Positions 49,539-64,000 of a stretch of 64,000 bases of DNA are shown here, piece by piece. The notes under the pieces were generated by a model. It was not told the DNA's origin and made no database searches. It saw nothing but the letters and a program-made list of their open reading frames with translations. The translations under genes were made by a program, and so were the position numbers. Source of the stretch: Schmidtea polychroa (taxonomy: Eukaryota). The stretch covers positions 15,874,001 to 15,938,000 of the forward strand of contig CM097885.1 in the NCBI GenBank assembly GCA_044892525.1, in the 5' to 3' direction. Every line of letters starts with the position of its first letter. The stretch's first letter is position 1.

Positions 49539-49766
49539 CACTCATACCTCGCTATACGGCTGCTCTTTATACGGCTTTTCGCTATAACGGCCTACTTTAT
49601 TTACGGCACTTTTTCGATTTACGGCCTAAAATGTTTCGTTATACGGCCAAAAATCCTATTGAATTGTATATGGAATTGTATCAAAATATTTGATTCGTTA
49701 TGCGACGTTTCGCTTTGCGGCCAACTTTCCTGGAACGTATCTAGGCCGTAAAGCGAGGTATGAGTG
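49539..49766. mobile_element. Tc1/mariner-pogo-type MITE
   Basis: TA|CACTCATACCTCGCTATACGGC ... GCCGTAAAGCGAGGTATGAGTG|TA. Confidence 0.88.
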
Positions 49767-49779
49767 TATTTGGTTGAAA

Positions 49780-49854
<75 letters not shown>

Positions 49855-49856
<2 letters not shown>

Positions 49857-51139
49857 GTGATGTACCGGGTACCCGGAAATTACCCGGCATACCCGGCAAT
49901 ATTTTCAGTACCTGCAATTACCTGGATCTGGTGCTGGGTATTGGGTTTCTTATTTGAAATTTGAAAAGAGGATAACATAATAAATGAATGAAAACAAAAT
50001 ACACAAGATTTATTTTAACTAGACATTTTATTAAAAAAATACAATATAAAAAATTAAATTTAATAATTAAATCTCAATAATGGGAGATTATAATGCAGAA
50101 ATAATAATTTCTCTGCGTTGCGTGGAAGAAGTTTATTTCTTCTCTCCTCGTAAATAATACCAGCCTCGCTGAACATTCTTTCACTGGGTATGCTACTAGG
50201 AGGCGCTGATAGGTATCGTCTAGCCAATTTTGATAGTGTTGGATACATATTTGCGTTATTTGACCACCAAACCAACGGATTTTCGGTACGAGGAATGTTA
50301 GGATGTTTGAGAAAATTTAAAAGTTGAATATTATCTGTTGAACTTCCCACGGTATAGGTTTCTTCTTCAATGGATTTATTTTCAAATAAAATTGATCTGT
50401 GCAAGCCCACACATCTCCATTTTTATCATGATTATTTTTTCCATGTTCTGCAGGTTCTCTCTGTTTATTGTCATTGTTTTAATCAATACTTATAGGAGAA
50501 ACATTATTCATTTCTTCTATAATCCAATTTTTAGCAATAATTTGTGTATCGGGTTTTAAAAATTTAAGTTTGTAACTGGGATCTAATACCGTAGCTATTA
50601 TATACAACTTATTCTTTTCCATATTTTCAAATCGAGCCTTTAAAGATTTTAGCATTTCTTTTTTCATCGTTTGTGTTCTTTTATCGTGTAGTTTTTTACA
50701 GAGAAAGCGCTCTAAGGCAACTACATTTGGTATCACCAACGAAATAAGAGTTTCCTCTCAACTGGCTTCAACTGTAACGATGTAAAATTGCTCCAATAAT
50801 TAATTCAAAATTTGCTGCATTCAAGTTTGATATATTGTAATCTGAGGAATATAGTGTGATGGCATCTTTTTGTTCTAAAGTCCTCTTGAATATATGATAC
50901 GTCGAATTCCATCTAGTGACTACATCTTGTACTAATTTGTGTTGTGGAAGCGAATGTTTGGTTTGTATTTCTTTCAACTTAGTACTACCTACTTGCGAGT
51001 GATTAAAATGGGTTACTATATTGCGACACTTTGCGGAAATAGATTTTTGAGAATATATGTTATCATGAATTACCAATTGGATGCTATGAATAAAACAGGA
51101 CTCATTTCTCAAATGGGCAATATTTGATCCACTGATCAT
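49855..51139 (-). mobile_element. Degenerate hAT transposon (3' half with terminus)
   Basis: TAGTGATG end with ACCCGG repeats; CFIH, DVVTRWNST and PLVWW..YPTL..PPSSIPSERMFS across three broken frames. Confidence 0.9.
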
Positions 51140-51169
51140 AATAAGTAGGTAGAAGTGAGCCCACGATGA

Positions 51170-51465
51170 CTTATAGAAAATTTTGAGGTCAACCTAAGGA
51201 CAAATTTAAGGGCAATGTCATTTTCAGGACAATTTAAGCCATTTTAAGGTCAAATTCTGAGGTCAATGTTGATTTTAGGCTATTTTAAGGTCAACTTTTG
51301 AGGCCAAAGTCTAATTTTTTCTCAATTTAAGGTCATAGAAAATTTTAAGGTCAACTCACCTACCTCTAACTTTAAGGTCATAGAAAATTTTAAGGTCAAC
51401 CCCCTACCCTTACCACTTAATTTTAAGGTCAAATTGAGGTCAAAATTAAAAATTTTAAAAATTTT
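51170..51465. repeat. Degenerate TTTTAAGGTCA repeat array
   Basis: The motif recurs about ten times. Confidence 0.7.
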
Positions 51466-51766
51466 CTTAAGTCCATTTAACGAATTACTTTATAGAGAGT
51501 TTTCAAAGTCAAAACACGTTTTAATACTACGTTTGCAAATGTCTTTGTTGCACATGCATTTGCAAATGTCTTTGTTACTCATGCATTTGCATTGCAAATA
51601 TCTTTGTTACTCATGCATTTGTATTGCATGTCTTTGTATTACACACCGTAAGGATAGAAAAATATTTCTAAGCGAGATCTAAATTGACTGTGTGTAAAGG
51701 GCAATAAATAAGGGTAAAATAAAATTTTTTTAAGAAAATAAATGTAATTTTATTTAAATTTATGAC

Positions 51767-51769
<3 letters not shown>

Positions 51770-51850
<81 letters not shown>
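51770..51850. repeat. (TA)n microsatellite
   Basis: Directly visible. Confidence 0.98.
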
Positions 51851-51853
<3 letters not shown>

Positions 51854-52500
51854 GGTGGGTCGAATGTTAATAAATTTTGAGTTCAAGAAAGGAAACATGG
51901 TTAAAAAGTTGTATTTTGGTATAGAAAAATCGAATCAAACCATTTTACTTAGATTTATGGACATTTACTGCTCCCAACTTTTTTCCGAAAATGCAGTTCA
52001 ACATAAGTGTGAAAACAATGTAATTTGGCTAGTGTCGGAATGTGTTTTGCGCCTTTGTCCATATTTAGATGTAGCTTTCTTAAGAGCTTTAAGTATATTA
52101 TTTACTCTCTTGGGCTGAGATAGTATATTCTGTGTCCTCATCCCGCATTGAAATATATCCTGACAACGTCAGTGATTAGGAAGGGCCAAATTTGAATTAT
52201 CCTTTTCAAAGACAAAAATCAACTTTCGAAATTATTTTTTATTAAAAACATCCAGCCAAAAGTTTAGAAATGTATTAGCGAGGGCATAAAAAGAAGTCAC
52301 ATGAAATCAGCTTTGCTTTGCACCTTGGGCAATTCCTTCCTTGATTTTTTACACAGTAGTACCATACCATGTCTGGACTTGTGACCAAACACTTTGCAAC
52401 TGGCAGAAAAAACATCTTTGATGGCTCTTTCAACGGCTTGAGAATGACAGGGAAATTGTTCTAATGTAATTTTCTTATTCATCTTCAATTCATGATCCAA
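51851..52500 (-). mobile_element. hAT-related (hATm-like) 3' terminal fragment
   Basis: TAGGGTG terminus at 51851 and transposase tail FPCHSQAVERAIK at 52297-52500. Confidence 0.6.
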
Positions 52501-52661
52501 TAATGAGATAAAAATTTATGCGTGTCTGTATATGAAAACATTGATAAGAAGCAATAAATATTATATCAAATCTCTTATGTTTTACATAGAACTATATTAA
52601 CCAATCAGAATCATAACCAGTATTAGTATAAATAAAACAGAATATTTAAAATTAATGTACA

Positions 52662-53665
<1,004 letters not shown>

Positions 53666-54334
53666 GCAAAAGTCAAAAGTTATATGCGATTAGCCTTGGG
53701 AGTTGTTGTATTATATGTAATGTTTAAATATTTAAATAAAAGTTAATGTTGTTATTTATAAATATTATACTTTAAATATACACTCAAACTAAAATTTATT
53801 AACACATTCACATTCATCATCTCCGCATTTCATAACATTTTCAACGATATGATCTATACAATCGTTATATACACGCGGTTCGGTATACTTAATATTTTCA
53901 GTTATATAATCCGTAAGTTCCTCCTTAGGTTCATCAATTTCTTGTATGATTTCCTCGTCATCTTCTTGTGTGTTTTCTTCATTAATTTGTTCTGTTATTG
54001 CCTCATAAGTTTCATCAAATCTTGAATCTTCACTACCCAGTCTATATTTAATTCATTTGAAACAGATAATACATCCTCCATTTTTACACAAGATATTTCT
54101 GCTAATTTTGCCAACAAAACATTGATTAAATATTCTAAACAATAAATAATTCAATCAATAACTGACCATATTAACCTTTTTCTAACGTCATTATTAACAC
54201 TTTAAAACTATAATGTAAGTTTGTTTATCGAATGTCTTTGTTAAAGTTTGCATGTATTTTGCATTGATTTTGCAATTTCCTGGTTAAGTAAATGAAAAAC
54301 AAATAGGACAAAATACATTTATTAAATACATTTA

Positions 54335-54721
54335 TTAAAAACAATAAATATAGCAAAATTTATAAAAATAGCTGTGAAAGTCTAGCAGACATAGTTTTCC
54401 AAATTGGAGAATATTATCAATATTATCATTATTATCAACTTTATATCCCTGGATTGCTATTGTTATATACCAATTTTCGTTTTCTTTAAAGCTGATTTCA
54501 TCAATGGAATCATAAAATCTTGCATATCGGTTGTTGAACCATGCATGTTGATTACATGATAGATTCGCATCCAACCGTTTGAAAACCTCAATAGATTTAA
54601 CATCTATCATTGAAAGTGTGCCGGATAAGAATTGAAATTGAGTAGGAATTAGCTTGATCGGTGACACCAATTTCATATTGATTTCTTCTTTTAAAAAATG
54701 CATTTTGTAGTTGTGGAACAT
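54335..54721 (-). CDS. Unknown intronless protein, possibly from the decayed Polinton
   Basis: 128-aa complex ORF with the frame open further upstream; TATAAAAA and CCAAT near 54825-54860. Confidence 0.4.
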   Translation of the reverse strand: MFHNYKMHFLKEEINMKLVSPIKLIPTQFQFLSGTLSMIDVKSIEVFKRLDANLSCNQHAWFNNRYARFYDSIDEISFKENENWYITIAIQGYKVDNNDNIDNILQFGKLCLLDFHSYFYKFCYIYCF

Positions 54722-54967
54722 TTGAACAGGTTGTACAAGTTCTGCAACAACAACCTTTGGTTTTTCAGTGCTTGATATTTTCTTGGTAATCGTGAATTAT
54801 GATGGAATTGTAATGGTACAGGGTTTTTATACCTATGGCTATTGTTTATAAACCAATCAAATTGCAGTATGTCTTTGTTTTAATTACATTCAAAATGCAT
54901 TGATGTTGCATTGTCATATGTTATATGTGTCATATTATTATTATTGCTTTTATTACTTCCAAACTAA

Positions 54968-55081
<114 letters not shown>

Positions 55082-55194
55082 AATGATGATTGCTTGGTAG
55101 CAGCATTTATTATTTAAAACAATAAAATGATAATTTAAGCCTTTTGCTGCAAATAATGTATTTAATGAAAGAATTTTCGACTATAAGATAGTCC

Positions 55195-55515
55195 TTGATC
55201 AGCAGACATGTTGGTGTAACAGTTATTATCATAACACAAAATCTATTTCATCAAGGTGGTGCACATCGAACACGTAATTTAAATGTACAATATTTAGTTA
55301 TTTTCAAGAATCCTAGAGATGCAACTGTCATTGATTTTCTTGGACGACAAGCATACCTTAATAACCGTAATTTTCTTATCATTGCATTTCAAGATGCTAC
55401 TAAAATACCGCATGGATATATATTTCTTGATTTCACACAACAATGTCCCGATGATTTACGAGTAAAAACAGATATTTTCAACCCAAAAGGTGCCATGGTT
55501 CAAAAACAAAGTTGA
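55195..55515 (+). pseudogene. C-terminal half of a second Polinton packaging ATPase
   Basis: SRHVGVTVIIITQNLFHQG..RT..LNVQYLVIFKNPRD..ATKIPHGYIFLD; Walker A and B are absent. Confidence 0.85.
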
Positions 55516-55664
55516 AACATAAGTAGGAAGTTAGTAGCGTACGGCAGCAATGACCCCCCCGGTGGGGTCTGCTGCCGTAATTTTTTGCTGCAACTTTTTA
55601 TTACGCAATTGCTGCAACTCACATTTTTTGCTTTCAGGGATTTTTAGTCCAATTTTTTTTTATT

Positions 55665-56060
55665 AGACTATAGTGAGGGGGTCTCGATGGTCCTGGGATT
55701 TTCAATACAAAAACTTTCTTTTCAATACAAAAATCCGATTATCACTAGAAAAGCATAGAAGTTTCAGACTATAGTGAGGGGTCTCCATGGTCCTGGGATT
55801 TTCAATACCAAAAAATTTTTCAATAGAGAAAGGCGGTCTTCAATAAAAAAGGTGGTCTTCAATAAAAAAGCATGGAATTTTCAGACTATAGTGAGGGGGT
55901 CTCGATGGTCCTGGGATTTTCAATACCAAAAAATTTTTTCAATAGAGAAAGGTGGTCTTCAATAAAAAAGCATGGTAATTTAAGGTCTCAGGATATTTTC
56001 AATACAAAAATCCGAATATCACTAAAAAAGCATGGATTTTTCTAGTTCAATTCAGGTGGG
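55665..56060. repeat. ~100-120-bp tandem units (AGACTATAGTGAGGGGTCTC..GGTCCTGGGATTTTCAATAC)
   Basis: Three clear copies and further degenerate ones. Confidence 0.85.
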
Positions 56061-56609
56061 TCTTCTTGGTCCTGAGAATTTTAATAAAAAAAGGTAGTCT
56101 ACACTAAAAAACGTGGTAAATTTTTTAAAATAAAGCCAATTATGGGTCTAAAAATTGAATTACAGTAAATTAAGGTCCAAATTTTTAAATTAAAGTAAAT
56201 TATGGGCTAAGATTTTTGAATTAAAGTAAATGATGGGTCTAATAATTGAATTAAAATAATCAATGGGTTCAACTTAGTAAATTAAGGTTCAAATTTTTAA
56301 ATTAAAGTAATCAATGGTCAAAAATTTAAATTAAAGTAATAATTTTAAAATAAGTAACGTAATAAGTGAATAAATGTAAGATTTTTAAATTTATTAACAA
56401 AAAGTTGGAATAATAGTAGGTGTTTGAGAATTAAAATTTTTTAATGAAAATTTTTATGAAATAATTTTTTAAGTAATTTTTAATAGAAATTTTAATGAAA
56501 TATTTTTCAATGGTAAATTTTAATGGAAATATTTATGGAATAATTTATTTAGGATAGTTTTTAATGAAAATTTTTATGAAATATTTTTCAAAGACAAATT
56601 TTAATAATA

Positions 56610-57170
56610 ATTCAACAACAAACCAACAACTTAGTACCAACAACCAGTAACTTACGAACATGTATTAACAACCAGCTAACAACTAGCTACCACCTACCAA
56701 GTACATACAACCAACATCAACCAGGTACTAAGCATTATCAACCAAGTACCTACAACCATCTACCAAGTACTCACAACCAAAAACAACCAGCTAACAACTA
56801 ACTACCACCTACCAAGTACATACAACCAACATCAACCAGGTACTAAGCATTATCAACCAACTACTAAGTACCTACAACCAACTAGCTACCACCTACCAAG
56901 TACTAACAACCGACTACAACCAGGTACTAGGCATTATTAACCAACTACTAAGTACCTACAACCAACTAGCTACCACCTACCAAGTACTAACAACCCACAA
57001 CAACCAGCTAACAACTAACTACCACCTACCAAGTACACACAACCGAAAACAACCAGGTACTTTGAATTATCAACCAAGTACCTATAACCACCTACTAAGT
57101 ACTAACAACCAAAAACAATCAACCAACTAGGTACCAGATACCAAGTACTTACAGCCAGATGACCACATGA
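56610..57170. repeat. C/A-rich complex tandem array (CAACCAACTA..CTACCAAGTAC), related block at ~58285-58590
   Basis: Directly visible, strongly strand-skewed. Confidence 0.85.
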
Positions 57171-57280
57171 AATCATTGGTTAAATAAGTAAATTAATGTC
57201 TAATTTTAAAATTAAGTAATCAATTATCTAAATATTAAAGTCAATTTAAGATGAAAGTTTTCTGGGATTTTCAATCTTAA

Positions 57281-57502
57281 CCCTTTCATTCGGGAATTAA
57301 TTTTTCTTTTTGCGTGTGCTCTTCACAAAATCAACTGAAAAATACTGAAAATGTCACTATTTGGCGCCAAAATTATTAAAATGTACTATAACAAATTTCA
57401 ATTTTCTTAAAAAGTACTTCTCACATTATATTTTCGAAAAGGTACAACAGATATTCAGCAAAAAAACTGTGTACAATATATTGTACACTCCGTATAAAAG
57501 GG
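57281..57502. mobile_element. piggyBac-type MITE
   Basis: TTAA|CCCTTT ... AAAGGG|TTAA. Confidence 0.7.
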
Positions 57503-60500
57503 TTAATTTTAGATGCAAATCTTCGTCAATTAATCAATGACCACATGAAATTATTGGTTAAATATGAAAATAAGGGTTATAATTAGTTGTTAAGTAAATT
57601 ATGGTGTAAAATTTAGTAATAAAGAATAATTAGGTACATTAAGGATAAGTAAATTAAAGTTAAAAATTTTAAATAAGTAAATTAAGAGTTTCAAAATTTT
57701 AAAATTAAGTAATGTTTTCAAAAATTAAAGTTAAATAAGTAAATTAAAGTAATAATTTTTAAATAAGTAATGTAATATGTAAATTTAACTAAGATTTTTA
57801 AATTTATTATCAAAAGATTGAATAACCACCAACTTTTTTGAGAAATGTAATTTTTAATGAAAATTTAAATGTAAAATTTTTTAAGTTAATTTTTAATGAA
57901 AATTTTTATGAAATATTTTTTTAAATTAATTTTTTTATACAACTTCTATAATAATTTTAATTACAATCAATAGAAAAACCTTTTCAAAATGTCTAAATTT
58001 AATAAAAATGTTGATTTTCATCAAAAATAAATAATTGTCAACTCATCACCACGTGGAAATGATGATAATTTAAATTACAATGAAAGACTATAGAATTCTA
58101 ATTTACAAAGCATTCTTCTTTTAAATGATAACTACTGACTTATTATTGCAAAGTAAAAATCACATTCAATAAATACTTATTGTTGATCAGTTTTATTATA
58201 TATTCTCTGAGTTTATCCGACAGGTTGTTTTGACCCTCTAAGGATATTAGTCATAAAGGTACTAGTCGTAAGGGTATTGGTAACACTCAACCACCACCTA
58301 CCCATTAACTAGTTACCATGTACTAACAACTAGGTCTCAAACAACTAAATACTAAACATTTACAACCACATACTAACAACCACCATCAAAACCCATCAAC
58401 CTACAACTTGATACTTACAACCAGATACCTGCTACCAAGTACTTACAACTAGATACCAAGTACCAACAATCAACTAACCACACATAAAAATAATAGCAAT
58501 TAAATACAAAATATTCTTCATCACATACACTATCTTCTTATCAAAATCTCAAAAGTCAACCAACTACTTACAACCAACTATGTACTAACAAATTGATCTT
58601 TAAAAGAAAATACTCATCACTTGAAAAATTGGATGAAAAATTAATTGAACTCAAGGCATCAATAACTAGCTAAAAATTGATTAAATAATTGTAAAAATTT
58701 TAAATTTTCAAAATAAATATTATAAAAATGTAATTAATGGACAAGAAAGAATTCTAGTCATTAATCATCCAGTAAATATAAAAATATTGATCATTCAAGT
58801 TAATATGAATCAACTAAGATAATAAATTAATAAGAATTTTGAAATAAGATCTAGTAGATAATTGATTTAGATTGAATAAATTAGTTGAAATAAAATTAAT
58901 TTTAATTATTTTTTTAAAAGTAATGCATGTACTCAAATTGATTGACTGATTGCTCAATATATTCAAAAAATCATTATAAATTCATTACAATTATCAAAGT
59001 CAGCAATCTACAATAAAAATAGTTATCATTAAATTCCAAAAGAAACTAGATAACTAATGAGAACATCTAACAAACCAGTAAATTCATTTAAATGACAACA
59101 ATTGGTATATCCAAGTGAATTCTCCAATAAAATCATCTAAAAAGAATCATTTTCCCCTAAATATATCAATATTTAAAGATTGGTATTTTAATGATAAATA
59201 ATTGTTAAAGATCATATATTCACCTCAAACTAATAAGATTCCTTAAAATCCCTTAAATGACTATATTTCAACCCTTAATTCATATTATTACAAATATCAT
59301 CTAAAAAGCATCAAATTTCCTTGAAATAACTCTATCCTTAAAGATTGATATTTTAATGACAAGTACCCGTAAAAGATCATATATTTCCCTCGGACTAATA
59401 GTGACTTTTTCCCTCTTTTGAATTGCAAATTTCATTCGTCGCTTCTTATATATTGCTGTAACCAAATTTCACTGCAATTGCATTTTGTAAGTAAATCTCT
59501 GATTTCGAGGTTAGTCTGTTCGTTAGCAATGACAGCAAGTTTCTTATTAAATGCGATCTGCGAGGAGGATGGTAAGATCATTTTGTTTATTACGGTATAA
59601 TTGGCGAAATGTTCATTGAAGAGTGGTTCATAATGAACTATGTTAAGCGCTACAAGTCTGTTTGCTTTTGTTTTATCCATACTCCTGTCACTAGAATAAT
59701 TTCATACTTGTTCATTTTTTTTAAATGACTTCGCTCTAACACAGTGACTTTTTCCCTCTTTTGAATTGCAAATTTCATTTATCGCTTCTTATATGTTGCT
59801 GTAACCAAATTTCACATAAAATATTGCATACAATACTTTCAAATAATTATGGAATGCATTTTTGTGGCTTTCAACAATTTCAAGCTGTTTCTTAATTTTA
59901 TTTCGTTTTTCTGCGCCACTTTTAAATATTTTCTATGTGCTTACTATAGTAGATAGAAGTGTCACCGCTGAACCAACCCTCTGGTAAAATCTCAAGGTCG
60001 ATTAAGAATTTTAGATAAGTGTATATAAAAAATGCTTAGTTTCCATGGAAATGAGCTTAAAACTCTCTAAATTAAAATATAGGTTATGCCATAATATAAC
60101 ATTTTCTGTATATTATGAAACAAAGACAAACTTATATTATAGAATTAAACTCATATTCTTTAACACATGGGAAGACAATGAACAAAAGCATAAGAAAAGT
60201 AAATTATGCAAATTAACAAAATATGCTTAGAAATATTTTGAAAAATATACTTTATTACAGAAAATTATTTTAATATCGGAAAATAAATATTACAATAGTT
60301 GTTTACTATTATCAAGATTTACCTACAAATGGATTTAGCATGAATAATAATTTTTCAACTTTCTATAATTTCGTAAATATTATATTTATTAAAAAACTTG
60401 ACCTATTGTGGATAACTCATGGTGCATGTGATGGTGGATGTATAAAAAATATTAATAATAAATAATAATGATTGTTTCAGCCGATTTTGGATGGTTTTTT

Positions 60501-60652
60501 TGTATCGCGTCTGTAAGTTATGTTTCTGTAGTAATAGATTTAAATCGATCTTTAATTTGTGGAATTTGGTTTTGATGGTTTGTTAATGGAAGAGCAGGAA
60601 TCGTTTGTTTGAACTGGTAAATTGTGTAGAAATTTTGGTTTTTAGTTGAAAC

Positions 60653-61200
60653 ATGGAAGAAAATGAAGGACTGAAATGTCGTATTGCAATGAGCAATATA
60701 GCGAAGATTATTTTCTCACCTGAAGGGAGATTATTCCAAGTCGATTATGCATTTAAGGCAATTGCATTAGATGGATTGCTTTCCGTTGGTATTCGAGGAT
60801 ATAATGGTGGTGTAGTAGCTACACAAAGAAAAGTTCCAGATAAAATGATTGAGAAGAGTTCAGCTACAAGATTGTTTAATATTACTGAAAGTACTGGATG
60901 GGTTATGACTGGTATGATCCCTGATTGTCGATTTCAAGTATGTCGTGCACAATGGAAGCAGCTCGATTTAAATATAAAAATGGATATGAAATGCCTTGTG
61001 ACATAATATGTCGTATCGCGGAGATTAATCAGCTCTACACCCAATCGGCTGAGATGCGACCATTAGGTTGTTCAATGATAGCATTATCTTATGATATTGA
61101 AATGGACAAACCGTTATTATTCAAAACTGATTCCAGTGGCTTTGTAGCTGGACATCGAGCTTTTGCAGTTGGAGGCTAAAAGTTATTTGGAAACTAAGTA
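60653..61200 (+). pseudogene. PSMA6: PSMA6-like copy 2, frameshifted
   Basis: Near-copy of 30972-31550 with a 1-nt deletion near 60950 and a further deletion near 61172. Confidence 0.85.
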
Positions 61201-63289
61201 AAAATAGAGCGTGTGATACTATCAAATACAGAAAGATCTTTTTGACTTGTTTTAGACGAAAACAAACGATAATAATAACAAATAATAAATAATGATAAAT
61301 AATAATAAAAATAAGAATAATAATAATATAAAACGAAGATTCCTTGCCAGTAGCATCGATTAAAAATAAAATAATTAATAAATAAAGTTTTAGTGCAAAT
61401 TACTTATTTAATAAAAACAAAAATGAGAATTTTCGACTATGAAATAATCTTATTTAATTGATTGAAAAATAAATAATAAAATTCCACGAGTGGTCAATGT
61501 AGGTAAGGTGATTGCTCGCCATATATTCTCATGAAATGACCATACTTTGCCTTTTGATGGACATGAAGGACATTTTGTATCAGACTATTGCTGGAGGTAC
61601 TGTTTTATATGGATGCCACGTGGCAGCTGCCTGAGAGCCGCAGGAATATCCTAGAAGGCCACTATTAGCATAGAAAGGAACTTATTTCACTCCTCCTTCA
61701 CTCACCAATGAGAATGAATAATAATCTAATGCTTTACTGATCCATCTCAGCCATGTAGAGGCGCCATTGAAAGCTTGGTCACACCGCGTGCCAATACTCA
61801 TGCTCATTGCGGAAAATCCAGTCAAATCGCCTTCATTGCCCTCATAAACATTACACAAATGCACTCAGTCTGGGACAGATTCCTCGCTATCCGTTCTGAG
61901 TAAGCTTCCGTTTTGTACAGCTCCTTTCATGCATGCCATCCGATATGTCAGTGTAGGATCTTGCCTGTGTACAAGTTTCCAAACCTTCAAATTGAGGATC
62001 TCATCATTAATTCATATTCATACACAAGGTAACACCACAGGTAATACTTAGCTAAATATTCTATGCGAATGATTCTTCCTTTCCTAATATTGACGTTTGT
62101 AGGCTACGGAATAAGTGATATGCAATTATATTTCTGTCATTGTTGATATAATCTGTAGCCCCCATTCCCTCCATTTATCATGTCAGTTAGTGTCAAATAC
62201 TTTATTCAGCAATGGCATAAAATCCTTCATTCAATAAACAAATATTGAAAACTAAATAAAACAAGCGTTTCCAAAGCATTTATCACACGGGGCATGGATA
62301 TAGATGAATGCTACTGACGCCCTGTGATCTATTCCTTCAACTTTTACACATTCGCTATTGTAGGAAAAACTCTTGATAGAGTCCCCTAATAAGTCACGTC
62401 ACAATGTATCAATGAGTTCGATGACACAACAAAGAACAATGAAAGATGAACACGGTTACTGCGGAATGGCATCTGAATGGTCCTGACAATTGCTCAATGG
62501 TGTCCATTAATTGGATTAATATTAAAAAATAAAAAACAAATGTTTCATTTTTTGCTGAACCTGCTGTGACCGAATTCTGTGCCATATTTATGTACATGCA
62601 TCAAAACAAACACCCTCCAGCACATCCACAGTCGCATGCACCAGCACATGAACCAGCACATGCACCAGCACATGCACCAGCACAGTGAACTACAATTTGA
62701 TAGAATCAATTAAAATTAAGTTTCAATTAGGCATTGTATTGATCACAGATTTCATAAAATTATACAAATATTCGTTACAATTTAATTTTTTATTGTGTTA
62801 AATCTAATCCAATTTATCAATATTGGTTTGTGCTTTTGACATTTTATCATTGCACCTATGTCACAATAAAATGTGAAAATGTCAATATGGGGCTCACAGG
62901 AACCTTGTACACATTTGAAAATGTCAGACAAATATTTGTAACCATAACGAGATCATTAGATCAATATATATGCATTTTATGAAAAATATTTATTTTTATA
63001 TTTTGATATATTTTTAATTTGTATTTAAATTTGTATTTAAAATTTTACATTTCGTTATAAAATTATAATTTAAATAATTTTGTAATATTTAAAATAAATG
63101 AGAAAAAAATTAACATTAATAATAAGGCTAAAATACAATATTTATAAAATGTTTGTTTATCTACATCAAAATACAAATTATAAATATTGAAATTGTCAAC
63201 GTCAGCGGAAATAATTAATATAATAAGTATGATTTATGATTGTTGTGAAATAATGAAATATTTTGAAAATTTTGTTAATTTTAGATAAA

Positions 63290-64000
63290 ATGTTTGCAAG
63301 CGTATGGGAAATGATGAAGAGGAATAAATTTGAATTTGATAATGAAATCAGCAGTGAATTGATATGCAGAATTTGCAAGGTTTTAATGATAAAAGCTTGC
63401 AATGCTCCTTGCGGTTGTGGCTTTTGTTCTGATTGCATTGAACAGTATTTGGATGGAAAAGATAAATTCTGTCCAGGAGCAGGAAAACATTGTGGAAAGA
63501 AAATGATCAATTTCAAAAAAGATGTTTCTGAAGATCACGCAGCCAATTTAAGGATTTCAGAAGTGATAGTGAGATGCCCAATGCAAAATTGTCAATTCAA
63601 AGATGAATTAGAGGTGATGGAGAGCCACATGAGAACATGCAACAAGCAACCAATGAAATGTCCATTCAATAGAATCGGATGCGAAATGAATGAGGTGGTA
63701 AAGGATGAAATGAAAGTCCATCTCAATGAGAACACTGAAGGCCATAGCAAATTATTGATCGATCAGATCAGTAATCTATGCAATGAGATGCAAGCAATGA
63801 GACACGAGAATGTGACATTGCGTAATGAAATTATCAATATTAATGTAAAATTTTATTTGTAATTAATTTAATTGATATTTGTGATTGTAGGTGAAACTGG
63901 CCAATCTTGAAAGGAAAGAGGCGGAGAACAGAGGAGAAATAGAAGAATTAAATGAGGAAATGGTGGCATTGAAGAATGAGAATCGTTCATTGAGAATGGA
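63290..64000 (+). CDS. TRAF-like gene copy 3; runs off the window
   Basis: Intact RING and both Zn fingers; same 46-nt first intron as copy 2. Confidence 0.85.

Noticed and set aside
59399..59815. 82-aa ORF with a ~75-bp direct repeat
   Set aside because: No recognisable motif; a local duplication with too little evidence to call.

Overview
Very AT-rich eukaryotic DNA, probably from an invertebrate animal (GT-AG introns of 42-50 nt, many (TAA)n tracts); the host cannot be named from sequence alone. The centrepiece is a full-length 14.9-kb Polinton/Maverick (adintovirus-type) endogenous virus at 9472-24405. It has AGTAGT termini, ~1-kb TIRs and a 6-bp TSD (GCTGGA), and sits in the catalytic HCLAGRSR codons of one of two tandem DUSP12/YVH1-like copies. 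It encodes a major capsid, a ZnF-PLA2-integrase fusion, a packaging ATPase, an adenovirus pX-like protein, an adenain-like protease, a penton, a fibre-like protein, a membrane protein and a pPolB broken by three 1-nt indels. Its termini carry three copies of a ~80-nt unit with Pol III A box, B box and T-run terminator, a candidate VA-RNA-like ncRNA, plus other strong hairpins. Host DNA holds a segmental duplication (PSMA6-like + Cys-rich relic + TRAF; three TRAF copies), a TMEM104 fragment, a GIGYF-like gene and many transposon relics and MITEs. Remnants of a second, decayed Polinton (pPolB tail, ATPase) flank a compact Bcl-2-like gene. All calls are by-eye motif recognition; no searches were run.
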